A stretch of DNA of 64,000 nt, from positions 1 to 64,000 of IMG/VR virus record IMGVR_UViG_3300047561_001243; one strand, 5' to 3'. The position numbers were made by a program, and so were the translations under genes. This document shows positions 11,401 to 19,989 of this stretch, piece after piece (the stretch's first letter is position 1; each line of letters opens with the position of its first letter). The notes beneath the pieces were generated by a model. That model was not told where the DNA came from. It made no database searches and saw only the letters and a program-made list of their open reading frames with translations. The stretch is from a virus (Duplodnaviria > Caudoviricetes).

Positions 11401-12614
11401 CTGTAATCAAGGACGGTACAAAGCAGGAACTTATCAACTACTCAGGTAAGACATCTAACACACTTACAGGTGTTACACGTGCTCAGGCTGGTTCAACTTC
11501 AGTAACAACCACATGGGCTGTTGGTTCTAACACAGCCGTTGTTGGTTCTGCTTCAGGTCTCCAGGTTGGTCAGCGCGTAATCCACCCAACTCTTCCAGAA
11601 GGTACCTTCATTGCGTACATCCAAGGAACAACAGTTGTGTTCTCTAACTCACCAATGACAGCTAACCCAACAGTGGTTTGCGTAGCTGGTGGAGCAACAT
11701 CTGCACAGGCCTTCACATACAGCGCAACAGCGCCAGTTGAAGTCTTCCAGGCAATGCCTACAGATGCTCCAACAATTGCTCACTGGGGCTCATCAGTAAT
11801 GATGGACGGCCGCTTTGATGATGATAAGTCACTTCTCTTCACATACGGTCAGACACTTGGTACAACTCTTGCTCCTGCAGCTGAATTTACTCAAACTGCT
11901 ACAGCATCAGCTACTAACATTCTTACTCTATCTGCATCCAACACAAACATTGTTGTTGGTATGTATGTAGCAGACTTCTCTGGTACAGCTATCCCACGTA
12001 ACTCTTATGTAACAGCTGTTAACAGCCCAACTTCTGTCACAATCAATAACACGGTTACTATCTCCGCTGCAGTATTGACTTTCTGGGGTGCATCAACTAA
12101 GGCCCTTATGTCAATCCGCGTAGCACCAGCTGTTGATTCAGGAACAACTGGTAACTTTGGTACTAAGGAAGTTATTAACCGCATGCAGTTGATGTTAAGA
12201 GCTCTTGACCTTACCCTTACAGGTACAACAACAGGTAACGTGCTTGTGCTCGCATACCTCAATGGTCGTGTGTATAACCCAACCGCAATTGCTAACGCAA
12301 CATGGAAGTCTGCAGTTGGTAACGCAACTCTAGTTCCTAACTCTTCACTATCTCAGATTGTTGACTACGCTGGTGGTAACTACATCATCCAGGGTGGAGA
12401 AGCAACTGGTGGATTCTTTACTAACTCAACTGGTCAAGTAGACTTGTCTAACGTACGCGACCTTGGTAACTCAATCCTTGGTGGCGGTCAGTCTGCTGGT
12501 AACGTCATGGTTTACCCAGACGGTCCAGACGTACTAACAATCGTTGTATCTAACGTTGGTACAACCGCTCAGACAGTTCAGGCTCGTCTATCATGGTCTG
12601 AAGCTGCAGCATAA
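8463..12614 (+). CDS. Large Thr/Gly/Ala-rich virion structural (fibre-like) protein
   Basis: 1383-aa beta-rich protein with repeated TT..HGL..G..V.V.G modules and strongly biased codon usage; followed by a terminator. Confidence 0.65.
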   Translation: MARKILLDGGYAFNPSTKQVVLRRIVPKERLVLITNVTQNKVIYNFSDTSLLASAYVTYGDNQLTSAITSISGTGSVVTVTTAAAHNLTPGMLVTLTGVTPAAFNINGAIITAASTTTFTLTSTVNGTYVSGGLVSAGESTVITLNYNPATAGMLTTDSLQVTVDEFSERIKPDETYADPVNKLRVSQPQSMMDTDFEYGKQDTKWETQILTNGRPFASQLLFNALTVSGMTTGAAGTRTITTTMTNTTVATLATGVQGNGTTALYKTAAAHGLTVGQYVTVTGVTPASYNTNSGVPLQVLEVPSTTSFRILANGTSTAQSTVAGTVATNVAPPVGAPIAVTDTYFPGVTGNYVVETRPGETSFTFTSKVPTSTAWASISILDPAKTLVVTGDYYRDAIVGNDTATVLAYTGQDVQVTTGTNHGLQVGNEIAVVGSTSGGTAPNGNFIVSRIQSPTVFNYYDNRGGTISGTLLGPQTSTTGTGTVGTNYLVLASATGLTVGGTIISAGFIAPDTYIKGFTGTTVELSQNLLATMSATACTVAVSVYARSQAQSVHRAFDGGVMFSSNAASNNISLVRQTRRYFRYQSGKGLQLSTGTILQPTYTIDSMAYSSPFVTVVTKERHGLQPGFAVRIFGANEVGYNGDFAAVTVVDQNTFKYIPTTAPTIATASGQYYLSILAWDGAQNRLGMFDQQNGLFFEHDGQNLWAVRRSSIFQIAGRVSVTSGSATVTGATNFATTFNKQLNPGDWIVIRGQSYRIDTIASDTSMTLVQAYRGPSASNVTVSKTTDLRIPRSLWNIDKMDGTGPSGYTLDLSKMQMFYIDYTWYGAGGIRWGFRGPKGEIIYAHKLANNNQNPMAYMRSGNLPARYEASTYAPTTKLTTGGTGTNGGVATGDTTIYVEDTSAFATPKAIVTTATGTSGVATITVGNAAGLTNGLYASASNITAGTQIVSISGTTVTLSANNAGTVSGAITFFSIQGMAVIKDGTKQELINYSGKTSNTLTGVTRAQAGSTSVTTTWAVGSNTAVVGSASGLQVGQRVIHPTLPEGTFIAYIQGTTVVFSNSPMTANPTVVCVAGGATSAQAFTYSATAPVEVFQAMPTDAPTIAHWGSSVMMDGRFDDDKSLLFTYGQTLGTTLAPAAEFTQTATASATNILTLSASNTNIVVGMYVADFSGTAIPRNSYVTAVNSPTSVTINNTVTISAAVLTFWGASTKALMSIRVAPAVDSGTTGNFGTKEVINRMQLMLRALDLTLTGTTTGNVLVLAYLNGRVYNPTAIANATWKSAVGNATLVPNSSLSQIVDYAGGNYIIQGGEATGGFFTNSTGQVDLSNVRDLGNSILGGGQSAGNVMVYPDGPDVLTIVVSNVGTTAQTVQARLSWSEAAA

Positions 12615-12629
12615 TATAAAGTCTCGTCG

Positions 12630-12668
12630 AGTATACCCCCGTCAGTTCGCTGGCGGGGGTATACTTTT
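12630..12668 (+). terminator. Intrinsic terminator
   Basis: AGTATACCCCCGTCAG-TTCG-CTGGCGGGGGTATACT stem (one G-U) followed by a T run, right after the 1383-aa gene. Confidence 0.8.
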
Positions 12669-12674
12669 GCCACA

Positions 12675-13679
12675 ATGAATCTGGTACAACGCTCCGTAGC
12701 TCAAGGCGGAAGACTAGCCCCGCTTGTAATAGCTAAAGGTTTAACAAGTGGCACAGGGCTTATGAACCCATCTATTTACATAGATGATGATGGGGATATC
12801 CTTGTTAACTTGCGCCACGTTAACTACACGCTCTACCACTCTGAGGGTACTCAACAGTTCCCATCACACTGGGGCCCGCTGTCTTACCTACACCCAGAGA
12901 AAGATATGCGCCTAGTTACTGAGAATTACTTGATGCGCCTTGATAAAGACCTTAAAGTTACTGACCATACAAAGGTGGAGATGAAAACTCTTCACGACCC
13001 TATTTGGGAGTTTGTAGGTCTAGAGGATGCCCGCTTAGTCCAATGGGAAGGCAAGTACTACTTGATTGGCGTACGCCGCGATACGACTACCAACGGCCAA
13101 GGGCGCATGGAATACACTGAGATTGAAATTGATAAGGATGTCTGGACTGCTAAAGAGGTGCACAGAAAACGCATCCCAGCTCCAGGAAGCAACACATCAT
13201 ATTGTGAGAAAAACTGGTATCCAGTTGTAGATAAGCCCTATCACTTTATTAAATGGACTATGCCCACAGAGCTTGTCTACTCAGCGCCAAACACGGAAGG
13301 TACCGAACAGGTGTTCGTACGGGAAACTTTCCCCGCTCCTAACGACCAACGTGGCGGCTCTCAAATGATTAGTTGGGGGGATTACTACATCTCCGTAGCT
13401 CACGAAGTACAGCTTTTTAAAAACTATCTTCAGCAAAAAGATGGTTTCTACCACCACCGATTGTTGGTCTGGGATAAAGAATTTAATCTGCTCGGCATCT
13501 CCCCAGAAAAATGGACCTTCTTGGATGCCCGTATTGAGTTCTGCGTAGGAGCAGCTCAACTTGGCTCCGACTTACTATTAAGCTTTGGGTTCCAAGATAA
13601 CGCGGCGTTTGTCTTACAGGTTCCAGGTCCCGTTGTAAATGAAATGATTGGGGAGGCGCTAACTAATGAAATCAATTGA
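12675..13679 (+). CDS. Five-bladed beta-propeller glycosidase-like protein
   Basis: NPSI, GLEDARL, CEKNW, RGGSQ and IEFCVG motifs are typical of GH43/GH130-clan-like propellers. Confidence 0.65.
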   Translation: MNLVQRSVAQGGRLAPLVIAKGLTSGTGLMNPSIYIDDDGDILVNLRHVNYTLYHSEGTQQFPSHWGPLSYLHPEKDMRLVTENYLMRLDKDLKVTDHTKVEMKTLHDPIWEFVGLEDARLVQWEGKYYLIGVRRDTTTNGQGRMEYTEIEIDKDVWTAKEVHRKRIPAPGSNTSYCEKNWYPVVDKPYHFIKWTMPTELVYSAPNTEGTEQVFVRETFPAPNDQRGGSQMISWGDYYISVAHEVQLFKNYLQQKDGFYHHRLLVWDKEFNLLGISPEKWTFLDARIEFCVGAAQLGSDLLLSFGFQDNAAFVLQVPGPVVNEMIGEALTNEIN

Positions 13680-14232
13680 AGAGCTAATTGAAGACGCTTC
13701 CCATGACATGTTTAATCCTGTGTTGAACTTTGAGATAGCAGAGAAGTACAACGAGCTTAACCAGACCGCCTCAGCTGTCTCTTTCTACTTAAGGGCTGCA
13801 GAGTATGGGGCAAAGACACACCCACTGATTGTGTACACCTCTTTGCTTAAGATGTCTATCTGCTTTGATGACCAGCGGGATAGAAACAAGACCGTCCTTA
13901 ACAACATCCTCCAGGCCATAGCCCACGTACCAACCAGACCAGAGGCGTATTTCTTTTTAGCCCGTTACTACGAGCAGTTGGGCGCTTGGCAGGAGTGCTA
14001 CACAATGGCATCCGTTGGCGAGGAGTGGGCATTTGATGAAGCCGCTATGACACCGCTGCCAGGGGATGTGGAGTATTACGGAGCCTACGTCCTTAAGTTT
14101 GAAAAAGCTGTATCGTCATGGTGGATAGGGCGCCGTGATGAATCTCAGGAACTCTTTAAAGAGCTTGATTTAATGGAGTTAGAGCCTAAATATCGCGCCT
14201 CTGTTGAATCCAATTTGAGCAATATCCTATAG
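13666..14232 (+). CDS. TPR-like repeat protein
   Basis: Helical repeats with PTRPEAYFFLARYY and FEKAVSSWWIG; overlaps the propeller gene. Confidence 0.6.
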   Translation: MKSIEELIEDASHDMFNPVLNFEIAEKYNELNQTASAVSFYLRAAEYGAKTHPLIVYTSLLKMSICFDDQRDRNKTVLNNILQAIAHVPTRPEAYFFLARYYEQLGAWQECYTMASVGEEWAFDEAAMTPLPGDVEYYGAYVLKFEKAVSSWWIGRRDESQELFKELDLMELEPKYRASVESNLSNIL

Positions 14233-14281
14233 TAGGATATGTCATAATAACTAATACCGTGTTTCTTTGAAGGGAAATATA

Positions 14282-14404
14282 ATGGCTGATTTGAAGACTA
14301 ACTGTGCTCAGTGCGCTAACGACATTGTAGTAGCAGAAATTCTTGTTAACGAAGAAGAAGAGCAGAGTTTCCTCTGCCACGCTTGCCAAAAAGCTAACTC
14401 CTAA
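14282..14404 (+). CDS. 40-aa zinc-ribbon-like protein (below the ORF-track cutoff)
   Basis: MADLKTNCAQC...FLCHACQKANS has two CxxC motifs; GAAGGG RBS upstream. Confidence 0.55.
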   Translation: MADLKTNCAQCANDIVVAEILVNEEEEQSFLCHACQKANS

Positions 14405-14412
14405 GGAATCGC

Positions 14413-14922
14413 ATGAAAGCCTATACGCCTGGCGGTAGGTTTGATGCAGACTTTGAAACCAACGAGATTCTTGCTGGTATAGCAACAGACTTACAACGTC
14501 CAGTTGGTACACAAGCTGACTGGTGGGTCTATGACCCAACCCAAACAATTGTAGACCCAGTCTACGATGTTGGTTACGAAGGCAATGGACGACGATGGGC
14601 TGGCCCATATACTGTGCCAGTAATTCGTGCTGTCATAAAGCAAGGTGACGTTCAACAGTCTATTCAGGGTTACTACAACTCAGATACTTTGCATCTAACA
14701 CTTGATGCTGAAGAAGTTGAAAAGATTCACCCAGGGATTATTAACAACCCTGACTTACAGAACCGTGGCCGTATAGTCTGGAAGAACCAGGTCTATCGTC
14801 CTTATGGCGTACAGCAACGAGGAATTGTTGCAGAACGCTACACTTTAATTACCGTTGAATGTATGCAGGTTATGCCTGAAGAAATGGTCAACGACCCGCA
14901 ATTTTCCGCATACGCTTCCTAA
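14413..14922 (+). CDS. Putative head-closure/neck protein
   Basis: Size, beta-rich character (RIVWKNQVYRP) and position ahead of tail-completion and sheath genes. Confidence 0.45.
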   Translation: MKAYTPGGRFDADFETNEILAGIATDLQRPVGTQADWWVYDPTQTIVDPVYDVGYEGNGRRWAGPYTVPVIRAVIKQGDVQQSIQGYYNSDTLHLTLDAEEVEKIHPGIINNPDLQNRGRIVWKNQVYRPYGVQQRGIVAERYTLITVECMQVMPEEMVNDPQFSAYAS

Positions 14923-14931
14923 GGAGATACC

Positions 14932-15228
14932 ATGGCACTTGTACACAATAGCTTTATTCTTGCGGCGGCAACGCCTGCACTCATTGCAACAATCCCAGCA
15001 GGTAACCCACTTACTGCCATTTTAGTTACTAACGCAAACGCCTCTTCTGTATGGATTGGCGATGCCTCAGTGGCTAGTGGTAACACTGCTGACCGCGGAG
15101 TTAAAGTAGCAACTGGAACAACCCAACAAATGTGGCTAAACGCGGGAGACGAGTTATACGCTATTTCTCAAGCGGGAACTGGCTCATCATACGATGTGTC
15201 AGTCCTTTACTCTAAGGTTGTTGCTTAA
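14932..15228 (+). CDS. Small beta-rich hypothetical virion protein
   Basis: AAGGAG RBS; 98 aa. Confidence 0.6.
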   Translation: MALVHNSFILAAATPALIATIPAGNPLTAILVTNANASSVWIGDASVASGNTADRGVKVATGTTQQMWLNAGDELYAISQAGTGSSYDVSVLYSKVVA

Positions 15229-15299
15229 AGAAATACACCCCTACAGACAAGAAGCTCCCTGCTAGAATTAAGAAGTCCAATAAGTCGAAAGGCAAGTAA

Positions 15300-15482
15300 A
15301 TGTGCGCAACATGCGGATGTGGCAAGTCAGATAAGAAAGCTCCTGGTTACGGCAAGGGAAAATCTTCTACTGCAAAGCCTAAAAACCTATCTCCAAAGCA
15401 AAAGAAAATTGCTGGCAAAGCTGGCAATCCAACTAAAATTGACTCAGCTGATTTAGCTGCCCTACGAAAGAAGAAAAAATAA
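15300..15482 (+). CDS. Small Lys-rich protein with N-terminal CxxCGC
   Basis: Starts MCATCGCGK; GAAAGG RBS. Confidence 0.7.
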   Translation: MCATCGCGKSDKKAPGYGKGKSSTAKPKNLSPKQKKIAGKAGNPTKIDSADLAALRKKKK

Positions 15483-15670
15483 TGTGTGCTACATGTGGTT
15501 GCGGTAAGAAAGCAGATAAGAAGCAAGACGCTAAAGCAATGAAAGGCATGTCCCCTGCTCAAAAGGGTAAGTTCAAAAAGGAAGATGCCAAGATGGATAA
15601 GAAGAAGCCATCAAAGAAAGCAGATGCCAAAATGGACAAGGCTTTAGCCAAGAAGATTAAAAAGAAGTAA
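15482..15670 (+). CDS. Second small Lys-rich protein with N-terminal CxxCGC
   Basis: Starts MCATCGCGK; TAATG-coupled; followed by a terminator. Confidence 0.7.
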   Translation: MCATCGCGKKADKKQDAKAMKGMSPAQKGKFKKEDAKMDKKKPSKKADAKMDKALAKKIKKK

Positions 15671-15675
15671 AGCTT

Positions 15676-15698
15676 AGGCCCCCGCAAGGGGGCCTTTT
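15676..15698 (+). terminator. Intrinsic terminator
   Basis: AGGCCCCC-GCAA-GGGGGCCT stem with a GNRA loop, then TTT. Confidence 0.85.
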
Positions 15699-15775
15699 GC
15701 TTTATCCTATAAGTAGTTCCATGCGGGAACTAAAGCCTTACCCTTGCGAATACCCTGCTCTCCATAGGAGTTACG

Positions 15776-15925
15776 ATGACTAATATATCTAGTCCAGATA
15801 AAGATGACTTTGAAAACAGCATCTTTCAGAATCTGCCCGACGCAAGGGAAAACCGTAACAACTGGCTAATGGTGACAGCAGCAGTATTGCTAGGGAAGCA
15901 TATGGGTAGCAAGCGTGGCAAGTGA
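15776..15925 (+). CDS. 49-aa hypothetical protein (below the ORF-track cutoff)
   Basis: AGGAG RBS; MTNISSPDKDDF...GSKRGK; overlaps the next gene. Confidence 0.55.
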   Translation: MTNISSPDKDDFENSIFQNLPDARENRNNWLMVTAAVLLGKHMGSKRGK

Positions 15926-16241
15926 TTTCCGTAGCTACGAAGACCGCGCAGCTGAAAAGCTAGCTTCGGCATTTACACAGACACTTAAGTCAAAGGCTTC
16001 AACTTCAGGTTGGCCAAAAGATATTGTTAAAGAACTCTCTGTTGTGTATGAGGGCAGACTCATCCGTGTTGATTATCCAGATGAGCTAGAAGAAACTATT
16101 GACAAACTTGAGTACGGTAATTTTGACCACCCAGCTATGGCGGTTATTAGACCCCTTCAAACTGGGGTAGATGAAGCTGCTTACAACGCTTTTCAAGATG
16201 CCATTTGCGATTTCTTGTTTGATAACGAGGTATTTGCATGA
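15915..16241 (+). CDS. Putative neck/tail-completion protein
   Basis: LEYG...PA..VIRP motif is reminiscent of HK97 gp10-like neck proteins; position supports this. Confidence 0.45.
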   Translation: MASDFRSYEDRAAEKLASAFTQTLKSKASTSGWPKDIVKELSVVYEGRLIRVDYPDELEETIDKLEYGNFDHPAMAVIRPLQTGVDEAAYNAFQDAICDFLFDNEVFA

Positions 16242-16873
16242 CAATGATATTTCGTGAAGACGAAGCACTTAAAGCGCTACTTCAGGGTATTCAAGTATCT
16301 GATGGTAAAAACCCACATCGGCCCGTACAGGTCTGGTTTACAATGCCAGATGTTGAAGTTCGTACTCAGTCTTACCCGTTTATTACCATTGACTTAATTG
16401 ACATTGCGCAATCAAAGGACCGTCAAGTCTATGGAAGCGCCTATGACTTGGATAAAGCTGGAACGTTTAACGCTGCTGCACAAGACATTTACAGTTATCA
16501 AGAGCCTGTTCGTTGGGACCTCTATTACCAAATAACTACTTATGCCCGCCATCCGCGTCATGACCGAGCTATGCTTGCCGCGCTTTTAAAATTTAAAACA
16601 CCTGGTACTTATGGATATTTATCTATCCCAAACGCAGATAAAACAATCTACGAAAACCGACACATGTTCGTAGAAAACTTTGCAAAACGCGACACCATTG
16701 ACGATGGTCGTCGACTTTTTCGCAATACTATAACTGTCCGCATCTTGACAGAAATGACTCAAGATGAGGCTGACAACGCTCTCTACATTGTAGATAACGT
16801 TCAAATCACTACTAACTCGACAAACGTACCATCGGACTACACCCCGTTACACAATTCGTATAGACCCGCCTAA
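16238..16873 (+). CDS. Putative tail terminator/completion protein
   Basis: YPFITIDLIDI...LYYQIT pattern; lies directly upstream of the sheath. Confidence 0.55.
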   Translation: MTMIFREDEALKALLQGIQVSDGKNPHRPVQVWFTMPDVEVRTQSYPFITIDLIDIAQSKDRQVYGSAYDLDKAGTFNAAAQDIYSYQEPVRWDLYYQITTYARHPRHDRAMLAALLKFKTPGTYGYLSIPNADKTIYENRHMFVENFAKRDTIDDGRRLFRNTITVRILTEMTQDEADNALYIVDNVQITTNSTNVPSDYTPLHNSYRPA

Positions 16874-16897
16874 AACCCACTAAGGAGACAAAATCAC

Positions 16898-18418
16898 ATG
16901 GCAGTTTACCAACGCCCTGGTGTGTACGTTACAGAGAACCTGAACGCTACACCACCATCAGCTGGAAACGAGACCCTGCAATACGGCGCTTTTCTTGGCG
17001 CTATTAACCAAGGTCCTGTTGCACCAACCCTAGTTACATCTTGGCCACAGTTTGTAAAGCTTTACGGAAACTTTGATTCAGGCATAGGTGACACGCTTCG
17101 TCTTGGCGTTCGCTCTTTTCTTGTTGATAACAACGGTGGCGCTTGCTACGTTAAGCGTGTTCAAGGAACTGGAAACGCAGTTGCTACACGTTCTATTTTT
17201 GATAGCTCTGGTGGCGGTGGCGCTGCTGGTTCTGTTAACACCCTTCAAATCCAAGCAGCTAGTGCTGGAGCCTGGGGAAACAATCTTTACTTTGACATTA
17301 TTAAAGCAACTGCAACTGCAGCTACTTTTACACTAGTTGTCTATTATGGAGACTCTACAAGCGGAAGCATTGTAGAACGTTATACAGACCTATCAATGGA
17401 TGGCACAAACTCTCGTTATGCCCCAACGGTTGTTAACGCACTTTCTACTTGGGTATATTTAACAGACCTTGCTGACGCAACAACTGGTTATGCAGATGCA
17501 CCCGTTGCTATTACTGGAGCCCAACTTGCTAGCGGAGTTAACGCTACTGGTGGACAGACAGCTGCAGATATTGCTAACGCTGTTACAGCCTTTGACGTAA
17601 TTCCACAAAGCCTTGTTATAGTCGCTCCTGGAATTACAACTGCATCACCTGTTAATACATTGATTGCTTATGCAACAACTAGAACAGATTGTTTTGTTGT
17701 TGTTGGTGCTGGTGCTGCAACTGTTGCTGACCAGATTACACTTGCATCTAGCTACTCATCTAGCTCATACGCAGCTGTGTACTACCCAAACATTCTTATT
17801 GCTGACCCAACAACAACAGCGCCAGGAGTTACTCGCACTATTGATGTTGCTGCAGCAGTTGCTGGGCAGTATTTCTCAACAGACCGTCAGCGTGGAGTCT
17901 TCAAGGCACCAGCTGGTTTAAATGTTCGCATTGGTGGAGCTGTAAGTGTTACAGCACTAACTAACGCAGAACTTGATTCTATGAACGTAGCTGGAGCTCC
18001 AGTTAACGCAATTCGTTTTGTATCTGGTTCTGGCATTGTTGTCATGGGAGCCCGCACTCTTAAGCAGGGATATGTTGATAAGTATGTACCAGTTCGTCGT
18101 AGCCTCATTTACTTAGAAAAGACTCTTTCTAACCTAACACGTTATGCAGTCTTTGAGCCAAACGATGCAAAACTTTGGCGTCAGCTAACAGCTACAGCAC
18201 AAAACTTCCTCAACGACTTTTGGCGTCAGGGAGGCCTTCGTGGAGACACTCCAGCGCAGGCGTACTACGTACAATGTAATGCTTCAAACAACCCATTAAA
18301 TACGGTAGACGCTGGGGAAGTCCACCTTGATATTGGAGTTGCTCTACAACGTCCAGCAGAGTTCGTCGTCATTAAGATTAGCCAGTATGACGGCGGCGTA
18401 ACTATCACCACCGCATAA
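16898..18418 (+). CDS. Tail sheath protein
   Basis: RPGVYVTE start; GVFKAPAG, VMGARTL, YVPVRR, VFEPND and RPAEFVVI motifs. Confidence 0.95.
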   Translation: MAVYQRPGVYVTENLNATPPSAGNETLQYGAFLGAINQGPVAPTLVTSWPQFVKLYGNFDSGIGDTLRLGVRSFLVDNNGGACYVKRVQGTGNAVATRSIFDSSGGGGAAGSVNTLQIQAASAGAWGNNLYFDIIKATATAATFTLVVYYGDSTSGSIVERYTDLSMDGTNSRYAPTVVNALSTWVYLTDLADATTGYADAPVAITGAQLASGVNATGGQTAADIANAVTAFDVIPQSLVIVAPGITTASPVNTLIAYATTRTDCFVVVGAGAATVADQITLASSYSSSSYAAVYYPNILIADPTTTAPGVTRTIDVAAAVAGQYFSTDRQRGVFKAPAGLNVRIGGAVSVTALTNAELDSMNVAGAPVNAIRFVSGSGIVVMGARTLKQGYVDKYVPVRRSLIYLEKTLSNLTRYAVFEPNDAKLWRQLTATAQNFLNDFWRQGGLRGDTPAQAYYVQCNASNNPLNTVDAGEVHLDIGVALQRPAEFVVIKISQYDGGVTITTA

Positions 18419-18430
18419 GGAGAAAAATAA

Positions 18431-19036
18431 ATGGCAGCTAGAACATCTTTACAACGGTGGGGTACTCACGCTACTGACCCACTTCGCAATTTTAAATTCT
18501 ATGTAGAATTTGTTGCGTCATCTAACTCAGGAACTCCCTTTGATGACCGCATCAAAACTTTTAGTGGTGGATTTTCACAGGTGCAAGGATTGAACATAAA
18601 TACACAATCTATTGCATACCGTGAAGGTGGGTACAACACCACCGTTCACCAGATTCCTGGGATGACTACCTTTACACCTATCGTGCTAAGCCGCGGTATG
18701 GTTTACGGGCAGGACCAAGCAATTACATGGATGCGCGGACTTTTTGCAGCAGCTGCAGGCCAGGGCCTAACAACTGCTGGTAAAGACTTTCGCTTAGATA
18801 TGAAAATCTATGTCAACGACCATCCAGTAACCAACACCTCTAACGCAGATGCTGGAATTGCTGTACCACAGGTCCAGTTCCACATTCACAACGCCTGGTT
18901 GTCAAACTTGTCTTTTACAGACTTAAATGCAACCGATAACAACATCCTCTTTGAACAAATGACTTTTGTTCACGAAGGACTATCTGTATTCTTTACAGAT
19001 ACAGCTACAGGCGAAGCTAAACCAACTCTTACTTAA
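18431..19036 (+). CDS. Tail tube protein (T4 gp19-like)
   Basis: DPLRNFKFYV, GFSQVQGL, YREGG, PG.T.F.PI.LSRG motifs; follows the sheath. Confidence 0.9.
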   Translation: MAARTSLQRWGTHATDPLRNFKFYVEFVASSNSGTPFDDRIKTFSGGFSQVQGLNINTQSIAYREGGYNTTVHQIPGMTTFTPIVLSRGMVYGQDQAITWMRGLFAAAAGQGLTTAGKDFRLDMKIYVNDHPVTNTSNADAGIAVPQVQFHIHNAWLSNLSFTDLNATDNNILFEQMTFVHEGLSVFFTDTATGEAKPTLT

Positions 19037-19059
19037 TAACGAACTAAGGAGAACAAAAC

Positions 19060-19845
19060 GTGCCACAAATTACGGACCCTAATCAGATTAATAAGCTTGC
19101 TGAAGAATTGACGGCTGGGCCTCAGGCAGTAGTAACTACTGAGGCACCAGCTGACAATTTGGTTAGTTTGCCAGGTGGATTTATAACCCCAATGGGCGTT
19201 ATTAAAACCGCTGAAGTAAGAGAACTTAATGGCCTAGATGAGGAAGCAATTGCTAAATCTGGAAGCACAGCAAAAGCTCTTTTGACAATCCTTAACAGGG
19301 GGTTGGAAAAGATTGGCGACAAAAAGCCAACAAAAGAAGACTTTGATGAAATGCTTTCTGGGGATAGGGATGCAATTCTTTTAGGTATTAGAAAAGTAAC
19401 TTTTGGTAACGAAAGTGAGTTCAACCAATATTGCTCAGTTTGCGATAAGACACAACTGTTTAATATTGACTTAACTGAAGACGTGAAGGTAACAGAGTTG
19501 GAAGACGCTGTTAACGACCGCCGTTGGAAAGTAAAGATTAAAGCGGGTATTGCAGTAGTTGCACTACCTAATGGAATTACCCAAAAGAAAATTATGGAAA
19601 ACGCGGACAAGACACTTGCCGAGTTAAACACAATGATTCTTTCTGGGTGTTTGTTATCACTAAATGAATCACCTACATCGCCCTCCACCGTTCTTGAACT
19701 TGGAATAGCAGACCGAGAAACTCTAATCACAGAGATTGTTAACCGTAACCCAGGTCCACGCCTCGGGGAGGTGACCAAGGCCTGTGAGGTATGCGGAACA
19801 GAAACTGATGTTCCACTTAGCCTCGCTGCTTTGTTTCGACTATAA
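19060..19845 (+). CDS. Tail assembly chaperone/baseplate hub assembly protein (T4 gp26-like)
   Basis: RELNGLDEEAI and GDRDAILLGIR motifs, two CxxC; sits between tube and tape measure. Confidence 0.65.
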   Translation: MPQITDPNQINKLAEELTAGPQAVVTTEAPADNLVSLPGGFITPMGVIKTAEVRELNGLDEEAIAKSGSTAKALLTILNRGLEKIGDKKPTKEDFDEMLSGDRDAILLGIRKVTFGNESEFNQYCSVCDKTQLFNIDLTEDVKVTELEDAVNDRRWKVKIKAGIAVVALPNGITQKKIMENADKTLAELNTMILSGCLLSLNESPTSPSTVLELGIADRETLITEIVNRNPGPRLGEVTKACEVCGTETDVPLSLAALFRL

Positions 19846-19987
19846 AGACACAGACTACGAGTACCTGATGGACCAGTACGAAGCTATTGCTAGAGAGTTT
19901 ACTGGTTTTACATTAGCTGACTTAAGAAGTCTTTCTTTTAGAGAACGTAAAAATTGGTTAGAAAGAACTAAGAGATTTAGAGGGTAA
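19834..19987 (+). CDS. C-terminal chaperone extension via a candidate +1 frameshift (or a small ORF from ATG 19868)
   Basis: The +1 frame reads FDYKDTDYEYLMDQYEAIAREFTGFTLADLRSLSFRERKNWL. TTT CGA at 19834-19839. No clear RBS before 19868. Confidence 0.5.
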
Positions 19988-19989
19988 CG

